A DNA stretch of 62,777 bases, the filler included, from Choristocarpus tenellus KU-1152 (Eukaryota; Protista; Phaeophyceae): assembly GCA_964200185.2 (NCBI GenBank). It is 7 parts of 7 records of this genome, joined end to end, with 100 filler letters (N's around TTAATTAATTAA, not from the genome) between each part and the next. Parts side by side here need not be neighbours in the genome. Positions count along the whole stretch, not along the records: positions 20,934 to 36,297 come from CAXNAD020001011.1; 6 more parts are not named here. One strand, 5' to 3'. Positions 21,332 through 35,550 of the stretch are shown here, piece after piece. The position numbers and the translations under genes are program-made. Below the pieces are notes generated by a model. The model was not told the DNA's origin, did not search any database, and worked only from the letters and a program-made list of their open reading frames with translations. Position 1 is the first letter of the stretch. Each line of letters opens with the position of its first letter.

Positions 21332-24300
21332 CTTCTCGGCCACGGAGAGACCCCTGAGCTGTTCCTCATTCGGAAGCTGTCTCTGCAATGTTTCTGATGC
21401 ATTGAATGTACGGAAGACTTTGGCAGTTAGACCTGGCATCAGTGACTGAAGGTGCTGGTTCAATATCCTGCCAAAGAGGAAAAAAACAGACACATACAGG
21501 CATACACACACACACACACAAGCAGAAAATAAAGATCACTGGCAAAGCTTGTAACTTTATCAATATCAAGGTCAGCTTGGACTCAACAGACTAGGACAGG
21601 GCACACACATACACACACACATACACGTAATTCCCTCCCTCCCAGACCTCACTTCTCAAGCCCACACACTGTGGATTCATGGTACTGAGTATACTTACAG
21701 AGAGCACAGACCATACCTATAATCCTGTCCATATAGAGAGAGATAAATAAAACCACTCTTGGCATACTTAATGTGTACCATTCTTCTATTGCCACTGTTT
21801 TTAACCCCATTCTCCACTATTAATGGCTTGTCCTGCTCGATCCCTTATCTCCTATCTCCTATCTCCCTCACCCCTTGCCACGCCCATACTCACATTGGAT
21901 CGAGGTAGTCGAACACATCCTCTGACTGGCGCTTTCCCTTGCAAAAGCTCTCAAGGTTCTTAAAAACCTTTATTCCAGTCTTGCCATACTTCTCAAAGTC
22001 AATCGTCTCCTTGAAAAGCATGGAGTCCTTACCCAGAAACTCCAGCTCGATCTCATGCGCCTCTGTTAAAAAAAAAAAACATAAAAAACAAACATGACAA
22101 GTCTCACACTATTAAAAGCACGATTCATCTTGCAGCGGCGTGTATCAAACCACACACACGCAAAGGGAGACAGGGTTCATCGTAGATACAAGCAGGCAAG
22201 ACACCATAAAACTTGGGAGGCGTATACAGACTCGTAAGCACCCCCACAGAAATAATAGGACAAAATGTTCGTTGTGTGTGTGCGTGCGTGCTACTTCCTG
22301 GCCTATCTACTAGAGCGTCTGCAAAGGAGGATCACCGTTCATTCAACTTCACAACAGAGAGCATCACGAGAGACATCACCATACACGCCTTCCAAACCCC
22401 TGTAACCCTAATACACATCTTGAAAAAAAAAATGTGGGAACGTACTCCCTTATCAATTCCTTCCCTTCAAAAGGTCGCACCACTCCACCAATGAAAATTT
22501 GAATTTGAATTACGAGAACATTGTCAACATCTTCAACCTCTCCAATCTCTTCAATCCTTTCAATCCTTTCAACGGGCCAGCCGCTGGTCGCATGTCCAGA
22601 TAGACAACTACTTTGCCAAGCAGCCTGACACTTCGCTTCTATATTCATCACAAGAGTTGAATATATTTATCACAAGGGTTGAATATACTTATCACAAGGG
22701 TTGAATATACTTATCACAAGAGTTGAATATATTCATCACTCTTTGAGTTGAATATATTCATCACTCTTTGAGTTGAATATATTTATCACGAGATTGAATA
22801 TATTCATCACAAGAGTTGAAATTTCAGAATTGCAACCGGTCTTATTTGTTCTGACCAGAACCATAATCGGCAATAACCTGAGACTGAAAGAACATTTTTG
22901 CAAGCGACCCTGAGAGAGGTTAAGGGGAAAACAGGAACAATAAATTTGATGATACAAATTAAAATGTTCTTCACAAAGGGTTTCCAAGTGCAATAGGCTT
23001 TCTCCTTTACAACTCACTCCCCTTTTGCAAAAACACATGATCACAACACAAAAGTGTCATCTTCACAAACACTCCATTGTTGCTCTATGTTAGCAAGAGG
23101 ATATACTTTAAAACCATAGATAAATCCTATCCAATCACTAACAAATCCCATCCAATCACTAACAAATCCTGGAGTAACATTCGAGGATTTGATCAAACAT
23201 GAGCAATAGCGAAATGACCACCCTCCTATACTTTGCAGATGAGCATACATCTCCCAATTTCATTACAGATGTAATCCCTGACAAATACCTTTAAATCCAA
23301 CAAAACTACCATCTACCGCCAAGTGTGAAAACACTACCTCCCTTCTCCACCCTCCATGCACTCAAGAGGTAGAGCTGGTCATGATCACTAGGACCATGAG
23401 AGGATGAAAAAAATCCTAATCCGACCTTCAACACACAATCCACCCAGTTGACCCCCCTTCATCAACACAAACCCCTCACCCTATCACACAGGCAACTCAC
23501 CAGCATCCTTGCTGTTAAAAGTCAGATGCTCCACCCTCAGGGAGCAGCAGCCCACAGTATCAGCCTCATCCTTCCCCTTCTCCCCACCAACACGAAGGGC
23601 GAGCTTGTCAATGACCCAAACTGCTGTAGCAATCTGAAAACAACATTTTAGGGTTAGGGTCAGGATTGGGAAGATTTTCCATGAGCAAAACGCCTGCCTC
23701 AAGTCGCAAATCGTGAATTAAGACCAGGGCATCTGCCTGCACCTTACACACACATCATATTCTTGTTGTCTAATTATTAATAGCACTGATCATAACAAAA
23801 TAATTAAAAAAAATCATATTCTTATTGTCTAATTATTAATAGCGCTGATCATAACAAAATAATCAAATTAATCAAAAATATATATTATTATTATTATTAT
23901 TATTTCAACTTTTTTGATAATGCAATACCCCACTGAATATATTAACCGTAGGAGACAGAGGTTAGTAGTCCTAAAGATATACACACAAAAAAACAGACTC
24001 AAACCAAACACTCTCCTCCCTCTCCCCTCCCCTCCCCCCCCCAACCTCATTCTAAGATGATTAGCACTCCACCACAGTAACACTCCCCACCAAAAGACAA
24101 AATCTCCCCNNNNNNNNNNCATCCAGCAAGCTCAGCTCAGTTCATACCTTCAAAAAACATCTTATTGCAAAGAACATACAATAACTCCAAAAATTGCGAT
24201 ATTACTACCCTGCCTCTACCTCATTCTAAGATGATTAGCACTCCACTACAGTAACACTCCCCACTAAAAGACAAAATCTCCCCACGATGCAACATAAACA

Positions 24301-27300
24301 TACATAAACAGAAGCAATATAACCTATCCCATCCAGCAAGCTCAGCTCAGTTCATACCTTCAAAAAACATCTTATTGCAAAGAACATACAATAACTCCAA
24401 AAATTGCGATATTACTACCCTGCCTCTACCTCATCTCGATACAAATGCCATACATAGTGACACCAATCCATGACAAGAATAACTTAAAACACCCAATCAG
24501 GACTCTCCTCCTCTCCCCCTGCCCCAACCTACCCATCTCCCAAACCTGTTTGGTTCGCTTGTCAGAGTTGTTGAGGTTGCTCGTGTAGTCCTCCCTGATC
24601 TTGCCAATGAACCCCTTGAGCTTCATGGCCTTGTCATACTTCGCCATATCGCTCTTGCCCTTGAAGGACGAACTTGCCGCCAGCATCATGTACTTGGTTC
24701 CTGCAAGGATACTGTCCCGCCATGTAGAGAGCCATGTCACCTACATTGTTCAGCGTTACACCATTATTCAAACAGTTACACTATTATTCAAACAGTTATA
24801 CCATTATTCAAACAGTTACACCATTATTCAAACAGTTACACCATTATTCAAACAGTTACACTCTGTCTGAGAACCAAAGAAAAAAAGCTTTTGTCTCTTA
24901 TTCTTTCATCTCCCTCACAACAGACGTAGAACATCAACCCCCCCCCCATACACACACAACCCTGCCACCCACCCTCTCTCCCCACTTCATCTTGAATCTC
25001 AAAAATAAAATATTTCTCACTGTGGGGTCATGTTGAACTCGCTCCCACGCATATCCAGGCACACTGCACTGTGGCACCCTAACATCCTCTCCACAATTCA
25101 CGGTGACACCACTCGGCAGGACCCGGTGCTTGAGCTTGCCGGTCTTGGGGTGCTTCCCCCTACCTCGGAAGAGGGCAGGAGGTTCCACATTGTAGTTACC
25201 AACCTTTTCCAAATGGTTGTCCACAATTGAGTAGCTGTACTTATGCTGAAAGGATGGAGGGAGGGGAAGTCAGATAGTTGTTCGCTTCTCGCTGTCAAGC
25301 AGGTGAATGCATCCCTGTGATCACAACCACTACTGACTTTGGCGAGGATAACATTATCTTGCCAACAAGAGAGAGGAACAGGAACGAAAGAACTGCCCGG
25401 AATGGGACAGGGGAAAGGGAGGAGGGGACTTCCAAACCTTGTGTTGGGGACATCACACAGTCCCAGAACAATCTGACCACAATGCAAAAGTGAAGTCCCT
25501 ACCATTCACTGCAGATATGGTAAGGGGGTGGGGCATGTGTACACAGGAGATGAAGATGTTGAAAGCAGAAGGGATCAGCAAACTGAGCCTGCCTGTGTGT
25601 TGCCTTTTCCCTTTGCAAGTCCCTCAACATACACACAATAATCAGAAATTTCCACGGCTGTTCCCCACCGAAGGTACCCCAACACAACTAAATCCACTAC
25701 ATCAAATACTCAACACACTTCCATGTTAACATAATTAATTCTTCATGTGCACCAATGACAACATTTGGCGTGTACAGTACTTCAAAGAATCTCCTCATGC
25801 GAACCACTCCAAAGTCATTTCAAAAGCATTAGTGCAGTACTAGACCTCCTCACTCAACACTGCCAATTAAAAATACAAAAAAAAAAAATGCTGATGCAAA
25901 ACAGAACAACACTCTCAGCGCAACAAAATGTCAATCACTTCTCAGCGCCACAAGACAGGATTCACTCAACGTCTGAGCAAGAGGATCAAAAACACACAGA
26001 ACAACAACACCAAGTGATTGAGTGAGAAAATGAAAGTGTACTGAAGTGTTCCTGACCAAATACAGCAACAAAAAGTCCAACAGGATCACACTCACAATCC
26101 ATCACCACTGCAGAGCACCAAAACCACCCTCAGAAATTGAAAGTTATCCAATACAGATGAATGCACATCGTACAGTAGGCACAAATGGCACAGGGCACAA
26201 GATGTGTACATGTATGTATCTCTTCATAATGTGTCAAAAAACATGTGTACATGTATGTATCTCTTCATAATGTGTCACAAAACAACATGTGTACATGTAT
26301 GTATCTCTTCATACTGTGTCAAAAAAACATGTGTACATATATGTATCTCTTCATAATGTGTCAAAAAAAATGTTCTCATCCATTTTTGGAACATGTCCTG
26401 TGACAAAACCATAGTCTTCCACCTCAATGATAATCTGGACTGTTGGCAGAGTTGGATACACATTCATCAGGCCATGCAACTCAGCAAGAGAGTGAGAAAA
26501 TCCAAAATTTTCCCCCAAGTTGGGCCCCACCAGCTACCTCCATGACCACTCTATAGCGATGCTAATTTCTACTAAGCTGCTGTCGCCATGATGATCAAAA
26601 CAGTTAGGTACTAGTTGCTTCCAGCAAATCAAAAGTAGAGGTATATAACATTCAGAACCCCTCATTATGTTGGATCACTTTTCAAGTACAATGGGCAGTG
26701 AAAGAGCCCTTTCCATGATAAAGCACATTCCTATCACGTGCCGTCTCTGGAATCACCAGCCCACGCTCAGCAAATCTTGGCAAGCAACAACCATGTGGCA
26801 TTTTTGGTACTTGCTTAAAACCTATCCATAGTCTACTCCAGCCTACTCAACTACACATGCAACAAAAATGTAGCAATCATTTCAACCTAACTGCAAGTAT
26901 ATCATCTCCATCAGAGTACCATCACATTAATAAAGAAAATAAGAAGCACAAAGCTCACCTCAGCACTACACCACCAAACCACATAAAGATACACTACTTC
27001 ACCAACAATAGAAGAACATACTCCATCTTTCTGCTTTCATGTTCATTTCCTCTTCTCACCGTCAGGGCCAGCTTGACCTTCTTAGCTGCAGCCTTCTCAG
27101 CATCATTGGCCGCCTTCCTAATGTCATTTTGTAGCTTCAAGTGGTTCCTCATGTCAGTGAAGTCACACAGTTCAAACTTGGTTATCTTGTGCCCCTTGCC
27201 CAGCACAGCCTAGCATCCACATCAGGAGCACAAGCAAACTCGTTGGGGTTGGACTAGGAACGGGAGGATGCCCTACTCCGCCATTAAAGTCAATCACCGT

Positions 27301-29844
27301 TGATGGACAATATCAAAAAGGCAGGACAATAGGGCACTGTGCCTGCACCACGTTATCTCTTGCCATACCAAGAGACTGTACAAATTTGATAAACAGGGGA
27401 GCAACATGGTGGAGTAAAGACAATCTCAACTTTAACTACTTGATCAATGCCCAAGGAAGATGGCATGTGTTGACCGCATCTTGATTGGAACCATGAACAC
27501 CTCGCAATGATGAAACCAACAGTGGATTCAATACACACCAGAGAGGAGGACTTGAAAAACAGGGCCAACCTCGCTGCAGTACTCTGCCTACTGGTGTAAC
27601 ATGGTGTGCTCAACTTCTGCCCTTTCATCAAATACCAAAGGGTAGGTGCTCATATGCCTAAGTCAAAAACTTGGTCACATCTCTCTCTCTTTCTTCCCCC
27701 CCCCTTAAATCCCTCAAACAAGTCTGACACCCACCTTGAAGTCGTTGAAGAAATTCTTGTTGAATACTGTCTTCTGGCCCCCCAATTGTGGTCCATCCAA
27801 TGGCATCTGGCAAAGGTCAGAGTAAGGGATGAGTGAGGGATGAGTAAGGGATGAGTAAGGGATGGAAAACCTTACGCATTACGAAAATGCATACAATACG
27901 GTGATTCAAATGCAGCGTCAGTTCAGAGGTTAAAGATGACAAATCAACCAACAGGGCCAAAGTCAAACTCCTCTTGGTTCAGAAAGGAATGCAACCCTAC
28001 CCCCAAAAAACTGCCTCACTTCCACCTCCCCCTAAGGTTCACTACCCCCTTGTTCCTGCTCAATGTGCTGGAGGGGAGCAATACAGCTCAATCCTAGGAA
28101 AAAAAAATGATCCTTCTAGCGTGCAAATCTGGTCATCAATCACAGCAAATGAAAATATACTTCCAACAAAAACACAATCCTTTCCTAACAAATCTCAACC
28201 CCAAAATGTAAGCAACAAAGGGAAAACTAGACTATAGCGAAACCAGAAGATGATAAACTGTATTTGAGGGGAGTGGATGAGAAAGGAAGAAGGAGTGCTC
28301 ACACTAGCATAGTACGTGGCCACTTCCTCCTGCCTTGGAGAGAGGTAAATCGGGCTCCCATCATATACAAGTTTGACCCCATGTGGCTGGTACTCAGGGG
28401 CAAAATGCGTTCCATTATGCTCCAGCGATTCCCATTGTTTGCCATGCTGAAGAGGGGGCTCCTCCCACCATTTGTACACCTGCATCGCCTGGTCGATCTT
28501 CTCTGCTCGAGTCATCTCCTTGAATTTGCGGTTCTTTGGGGTTGCGGCTGTCTTCACTTTGTCCTTGCCACCACTTTCCCATTTACTTTCTGAGGATGAG
28601 GACTTACCCCTCTGCTGGGGTGGCCTACTCCCTGAGGAGGGTCTTCCCATTTTTCCCGAGGAGGATTTCCCTACTTCTCTTCCCCTTACCTTTCCCTTAT
28701 CTCGGCCATCCTCTTGCTTGGGCTTCTTCCCTACATCCCTCTTCGGCTCAAAGTCTTCGTCGCTATCTCCGTCACCATTTAGACCAACTACCTTACGTTT
28801 TTTCACGCTTTTCGGTTTCTCGTCGAAGTCACTGTCATCACTGTGGCCACCCCCGCTAACTCTTCGGTTATGTGGTACTGTCGTCCCATGCCCTGGCCTC
28901 GGCTTGCCCACTGCAGTGCTCCCCTTACCTGCAGATGTCGCATTCTTTCCAGGCCGGGAGAATGTGTCTTCCCTTTTGGGGATCTTGAGATCACCCTCTC
29001 GTGAAATGCCGTTGCTAGTCTTTGATATTGTCGCGTTGGAGTCAATCCGTTCCTTGACATTGGATGACCCAGAAGTCTGCCTTGAACCAGACCCTGACCA
29101 AGACTCCGCCTTCAACTTCCTCAACGCCGAAAGAGGTACGTCGTCGGCATCGCAGTTCATGGTCCCAGAATCCTGCTCGGTCTTGACTTTCACGGGAGCG
29201 GACTTGTCCTTGTGAGGCTTATTACTGGTGGGTCGTCCATCGCCCACCTGCTTTGAGTCCCTCTCCTTCCCACTTCTCACTGCGTTTCCTGACTTCTGTG
29301 TGTCGTTGGGCTCAGGAGAGGAAGCGAGCGGATGGGATTTAAGTACGGGAGCCATGGGAGGATCGTCTTCGTCGTCGTCGTCATCGTCGATCACGCGCCT
29401 CTTTCGCGAGGTTGACTTGCGATCATTGCCCTTTATACTTTCCTGGCCTCTACATAGAGGCAAACGGTCAATTGCAGGCACGGGGTTGGGTTTATTAACC
29501 TCGGTAAGACAAATAACAGAGCATTCCTACGTAAACTTGCTACAAAACAATTGAATCACGGCTCGTTAAGAGGGGACTTGGACAGGAACGACAGGCAGAA
29601 TTGCTTATACCAGACCCCTTTCTGGACGTGCACAGGATGGGGGAGTCAACCCCACAGAAGCATTTCCCGTCTCCTCATCAAAAATTGCAAGGTTACAACA
29701 ATCAGGAGGATTACTGGGAGTTCGATAAGAGACGTCAACGTACATGGCGGACTTCATCTCGCCTCCTTCTCGCCTGCCGCTCGTTCTATCACCCACGTCT
29801 TTTGGTGCTCCAGCAACTACCTTAGCCCCGCCTTCTTCAGGCAT
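21332..29844 (-). CDS. TOP1: DNA topoisomerase IB, 3'-partial. Exons 29844-29744, 29449-28303, 27806-27735, 27209-27060, 25245-25021, 24740-24546, 23633-23501, 22062-21894, 21467-21332; the catalytic-Tyr exon(s) lie beyond the scaffold end
   Basis: A long charged N-terminus is followed by KWWEE...[46 protein letters not shown]|[54 protein letters not shown] and [15 protein letters not shown]. Exon 1 is the least certain. Confidence 0.95.
22641..22820. repeat. Minisatellite, 22-24 bp x ~8 (ATATTCATCACAAGAGTTGAAT), in a TOP1 intron
   Basis: Directly visible head-to-tail units with no unique spacers. Confidence 0.9.
24755..24861. repeat. Minisatellite, 20 bp x ~5 (GTTACACCATTATTCAAACA), next to a TOP1 splice acceptor
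   Basis: Directly visible tandem units. Confidence 0.9.
26202..26370. repeat. Minisatellite, ~41 bp x 4 (ATGTGTACATGTATGTATCTCTTCATAATGTGTCAAAAAAC), in a TOP1 intron
   Basis: Directly visible tandem units. Confidence 0.85.
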
Positions 29845-31099
29845 TCTTCAAACCAAGAGGGAGAGATTCCCTTCGCTTTATACAGAGATACTTGTGTTAC
29901 CCAATCTCGTCTCCTTGCCACCTTTTCCCTCCTTTTCCCGCACAAATTGGTGATCCACCTCTTACCCCCCTCTACACCTAAAATACGTAGGGCTACGGAG
30001 ATACGGACGTATTGATGTAGGGGGGGAGTCCCAACAAATAATCAAATGTGGCGCGGTACGGCGCGTTCAGGTGTTCCACAGATTATTCCACCTCAATTGT
30101 CGTAATCGTACTCATACATACTCTTGTATTGCGTTCTCTCTAACGTTCTAACCTTGCATTATAACATCCTAAGTCTAACTTATACTAATGGATTTGATTC
30201 AGTTAGAAGAAGATAATTACTCTGCTCCTACAGATTCACCCATCATCTTCACTCTTTCACTATTTTAACTTTGTTTCACATCAACCATCACTATCAAAAG
30301 TCAAACAAGGAATTTAGGAATATCATTACCTGGTTAACCTGGCTGGGGCGTGCGAGTGCGTGAAACTGAATTGTTGGGGGGGTGGCGAATACTATCACTG
30401 GGGAGGGAGAATAATTCATATAAGAATTACTGGGATGGTGTTAATACTAAGCTACTGTCCGTCTTTAGACAACCTAACAACACCCTTAGAGACCAACACC
30501 GAGGTTGACATCATGTAGAGGATGGAAAAATGATCAAAAGCACACACCTATGTAGAAAGTAGTAGTCAGTGAGGGGCCTCAAAAAAGGGTCATAGTTACT
30601 CATGTGCTCAACCAGGGCATCCAACAGGACCTCCTACTGTACCACTGGAGATTTTGAGCTGTTCATGACTGACAAGGATTAGCACCAGTACATTGAGGAG
30701 GTTCTGTATAACTAACTGTTGTGCTCAGGCTTAAGGGGAGAAGGTAGCCTTGTTCCAGGACTATTTGTACTAACAAGCACGTGATGAAGGACTACTTGTA
30801 GTCTAGGGTGTCCTTCAATTAACCTAAAAAATATAAAGAATCCTATAGGCCTGGGAGCCAGGTCTCAAGATGCCGTACTCTCTTGGGTAAGACGTAGTTG
30901 CCTTTGAAATCATATCGAAATGTTGAAAATTCAATCTACTACAAAAAAACAATTTCAACTTCAACATACACAAATATCGGATCTCTGCATAGTACATGGT
31001 ACAAGTACCATGGTCACTTATCACCTGCTCCTTCATGTAGGTGCCCCACAAGTCTAATTCCTTATTTAATCAACCCATCGATCCTCCATTGTTTGTTGC

Positions 31100-32100
31100 A
31101 GTGATTCCAGAAAATGGAAACTATCTTTTGTTAAGTTCGTCGTCACGCTTCTTGCCTTCGTCGTCAAGTATAACAATCCTCAAAAGACTTTATTAAAAGA
31201 GTTCTGCTCCTGACCCTCTTCATCCTTCCAATTTGTGCAGGGTGTCATGGATACCACAGGGCTTGGTCCGGAGAACTGACCGAGTCTCATTCTGAAGCAC
31301 AACATCCCTCAGTCTGTCCTCGACAGTTTCTAGCTGGAAGGCACGGATATTGAGCAGTTTTGTCCACCCTTGTTTCAAGGTTGCTCTTCAATGTTGGGAT
31401 AAGTATTGTGTACAAACGTTCGCAGACGCTTAGATGTTCTACTCAACCACCCTCTTGCACCCCACATGTCCTTCTCCACAGATCCAGGAGATACATTTCT
31501 GACACTTCACCCCCATAGCGCCCACTTCTTCAAATCAGAAATAGTGCACAGGACAATCTGTGATGTGCAATTACTATTTTATTGTTTTCAACCACTCTTT
31601 CGTTTCCTTCTTAAGCGCACCTTCTTCACACCCTCGTTCACCTCATTCATCCCTCCACTGAAGTGTAAATCGCGAAACCCCCATGGTGGTGACAAGGAGT
31701 TGGAAATTGAGGACACATATCATAGAAAGAAAACTGGATCCAGCACATGATCATATCGGGTCATTTCCATGTTCTGTACTCCACCCAACATGCCAGGCAG
31801 TATGTGAAGGAGAACAAAATTAACATCCCTCACATGACATAGGTGGCAGATAACTCTGAGCTGAAACCAACAGTGTTGTAGGACCAAGAGTCTTGTGGGC
31901 TAACATAGTCCTCTAGGAGGTGATCAATGAGACAGGCTGTGTTCGTACCCACAGTGGCAGGTCCTGCTGAAGAGTGATGACACGACCTGCACATTACGGT
32001 TGTACCCCTTCTCAAACAGACAGGTCGTCTAAGGAGGTAACTAGGCAAAAAGAGATATAAAAAAATTGTTGTGACCCCTGCAGACAAAGGAGTGGGGAGA
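31100..32100 (-). pseudogene. Decayed hAT-like transposase N-terminal region (BED zinc finger)
   Basis: VMCRSCHHSSAGPATVGTNTACLIDHLL fits the BED pattern CxxC...GxNTxxLxxHL. It is followed downstream by HVLDPVF and stop-ridden frames. Boundaries are approximate. Confidence 0.35.
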
Positions 32101-34492
32101 AGCCCATTAACCCCGCTGATCAATACTCCATCGCTTTAGATGCCCTGGTCAATAGACTTATTGTGGGTGGGTGGTGTTTGAGGAATTGGTTGCAAGGCTC
32201 ACTGTGCTAATTCGTTTGACCAACCAGTTAACAACAATGCTTCCAGACAGGGGTTGGGTAGCAAATAGGGGGTAGAGTCACCTGGAGTTGCCAACAGAGT
32301 CACGGACATTGCCAATGGAAACGGCGCAGCAGGAACCATTATGGTCATCAGTCCCATGGATGTTGCTTCTTCGACTCCATACAGCGTCTATTTAGAAATA
32401 CGGAGTTGTTTTCTTGTTTTCAGATATGCAACTACTGTTGACGTATTGGAAGGCCTTATTGAAACAATACAGACTGTTATGTTTATTACATCCTCTTAAA
32501 TGCATGCTCCCTTGAGTCAACCCCATGACAATATCAAATTAGTGACCATCAATGAACGTGAAGGAGTGGACTTTGTAACTACCATCAGACACTCCCCTTT
32601 TCCCTTCTTCCTCGTAGTTTAACCTTTTTGCCATACTTTGTTGAGCGGATGGTTGGCACAGAACATGATCCATTTGAGGTTAGACTGTCTGAGGGGGGGC
32701 TGGCCTATGACACCTTAAATTAGTTTTAAATAATTTGTTTGCCACTTTGAAGATCCAGATTACGCACGGAACCCACCGTTACACTTAAATACGTAGCTTG
32801 GTAACCCATCGCTTTCTGCACAGGCAGGCATAGACTCTCACTGGTACAGCCCCACCCTGCTTTCCTTCTAGCTCCTAGGTGATAGAGAATCTCCTCCTCT
32901 TTCCCCCCTGGCACAGTCCTCCCTTATGCCTTACCCCCTGACGCTGCTGGAGCACATTCCCTACAAAGCAGACGTTCCCCTCCACCCTCTCTCCTGGCAC
33001 AGGCAGTTCCCCCCTGATACCCATGTACAGTGTGAAAGGCTTGCAGTACCCTATCCTAGTCGTGGAAGGTCGACAGTAGCCCATTATTATGATTTTATTG
33101 CAAGTGAGACAAAGGAATACTCAACAGGATTACTGTAACAAGTTCGTCAGAGTTTGCGTATTTCTGTAGACAAAATAATGATTAAAAAACGAGTATACCA
33201 CGTGAGGTGCAAGGCCAAGCGCACAAGAGTATCTTGTGGAAAGGGACTCCCAGGACAGAATGGCGTTTATGAAACACCATCTTTGAGACGCGTCGCCTGT
33301 GACACAAGGAGTAACATGCTAGACAAGAATGGAGCCAGCACGATTGGACATAGTGCAACAATTACTATAGTCAGCACTTCTACTTCAACTAATATTGACG
33401 TGTGTGTAGTATTAGTTACTCCTCTAGTATGGAAAAAAATCATACTGCTGTTTGTGGTGTTTCTGATCATGGGTCGGGATAATCCATAGAGATTGATGTG
33501 TGAAACAAAGCAAAAAGATATATATGTTTTATATTTACATAAATCTATGTTTAATACTTCAGTATGTGACAATGGTCGAGTGCTACATGATGGGGGGGGG
33601 TGAGAACACCGAGAGGTTAAGGTCTGGAATGATTTTAGAGGGAGATCGAGCCATTGTGAGCGAGGGTTGAGACTCTGAGAAAAAATAACCGAATAATCGA
33701 TCCCAAGATTTTCGAACTGTGACTTAATCGAATCGGTCTGATTCAATTTCTGTACTCCTGTATTTTACAACAAAAGTAATAATATTATTGTATGACATTA
33801 GTATGAAACGTATGATTATTCGTCAATTTTAGATTTCAGCACGGGTATCATGGGTAGCATGGGTACGTATCCCTGTCCGTGATCAGAGGTCCGACACACT
33901 ACAGGCTACTACCAGACCACTTGCTTCTTATACTGCAGACTTCCCTCCTGTAACTAACTCTTCCACGGCAACTAGTTACACTGCATCTGTCCATGCCTCG
34001 CTTCTGGCACATTGTGTTTGTAGTACAGGCGGTATGTCTTGAGACGGTTTCATAAACACCATTATGACCTTGAAGTCCAAGATTTGATATGTTTGTACTT
34101 ATTTATTTATTTATTATTTGGTAATTTTGGTCTCCGATTGTGATAAGACATCGTTGACCAGTTCCTTTTTGTACGATGATATTGATGATGATCCAAGTGA
34201 GAGATCCAGCATACTTGACGACTTGTGCATCAGGAGACCTATACGTGCATCAGTATCATCTATAGGCCTGTAGATTGGAGCTATACATCCTGTGGAGATA
34301 AGGTCCTGGAGCGTGCTGTAACATGGAGGTCCTACTGAGATGTAACATTTGTGCTCAGCAATCCCACCCCTTGTCGCTCCTATTCCTCCTCCCTTTTCAA
34401 CTTGTGTGTCAGACTCGCTGCATTGTGGTCCACAATGAAGCTTTTATTTTCTTCCGGATTTTGTGGTACAGAATAATAGTGACAAACAGAAT

Positions 34493-34750
34493 GAGCCAAA
34501 GTATCTTAGAAGGTAGAGCCACGTCCATTTGGGGGTCAAAATCCAATGTTGCAATTTGATGTAATTTTAGCTATTGTGTTTGTGAGCAAGTGTCAATACC
34601 TATGTTTCGGACACACCTTTTCACAACGTATACGTTTTACCTACTTGGAAACATTTCGGAGTAGGAAAATGCAATAGAAAAACCCATGGGAAGCCAAGCC
34701 CCAAATGGACAAGTAGGGCAAATCCCGTACCCTCTAAGATACTTTCACTC
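34493..34750. mobile_element. MITE family A, copy 1 (258 bp)
   Basis: TIRs GAGCCAAAGTATCTTAGAAGGTA / TACCCTCTAAGATACTTTCACTC; colinear with 38782-39042. Confidence 0.85.
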
Positions 34751-35369
34751 AAATAGTAGAGGTGGAACCATCTGCAGTAGTTGCCACGTGGACTTTGGAT
34801 CGTCGAAAACAAGTTTTCATCGTGAAACGAAATAAGGTTCCAAAGGAGGTTGAATTCCCACGTACCTGACACACTCTATTCTGCACTCGTTGCTATATAA
34901 TGGTTCTGCCTGCCTTATCTTTTTGATATAATTGTCTAATTTTCTATGTTCACATATTTTCATGGTGTGATGAAGGCAGAGTTGAAGGGAAGTAATAGGA
35001 CAACAATGCGCCTACTTGCTCTCTTTCTTGTATGCTCTACTACGTTGTGTTTTATTTGGTTCTGTCCCCATGACAGCATCATCTGCAAAAGTTTTACGAG
35101 CAAGGAATTATGTTGTTAGCATCTATTGCTAGACACGAAGCGGGTGATGCATTAAATCGTCGTCAGGCATCCTCCCCTTTTCTTTTACCTGTGGTCAAAC
35201 CAATCTGTTTATTTATCACTGTAAGGGTGGCTGATCCAGAAGGTGATTTTGTTTGTTTTTGCTGTCTGGGAGGGTCCTGCCTTGTAATGCTTCCATTGAT
35301 TATTATAATCCCTTCTTAGTCACTTGAAGATTAAAGTTATGCATAGATCCCTCTGTTATGTACATGAAA

Positions 35370-35550
35370 GGGTCAAAGTATATCTGGGGGGGGGGGGGGG
35401 TCTACACCAGGTTGTTCATTCGGGCCCTGACCAGGAGAAGTGCACTTACATTATCCATCCGGCGCATGCCACCAAATCACCCTAAAATTGCGACATGGAA
35501 AAATGGACTCCGAATGGACAGTCATCAATCCGCCCCAGATACTTTGAGCC
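35370..35550. mobile_element. MITE family B, complete copy (181 bp)
   Basis: TIRs GGGTCAAAGTA(TA)TCTGGGG / CCCCAGATACTTTGAGCC; the internal sequence matches 53627-53797. Confidence 0.85.

Noticed and set aside
22641-22820. CRISPR-like appearance of the short repeat arrays (also 24755, 26202, 51164)
   Set aside because: Units are head-to-tail with no unique spacers, there are no cas genes, and the context is eukaryotic introns or intergenic DNA.
24037-24432. Apparent ~200-bp tandem duplication in a TOP1 intron
   Set aside because: It straddles a 10-N gap with near-identical copies, so an assembly artefact is likely.
28472-29215. 247-aa plus-strand ORF
   Set aside because: Antisense shadow of the large TOP1 exon 2.
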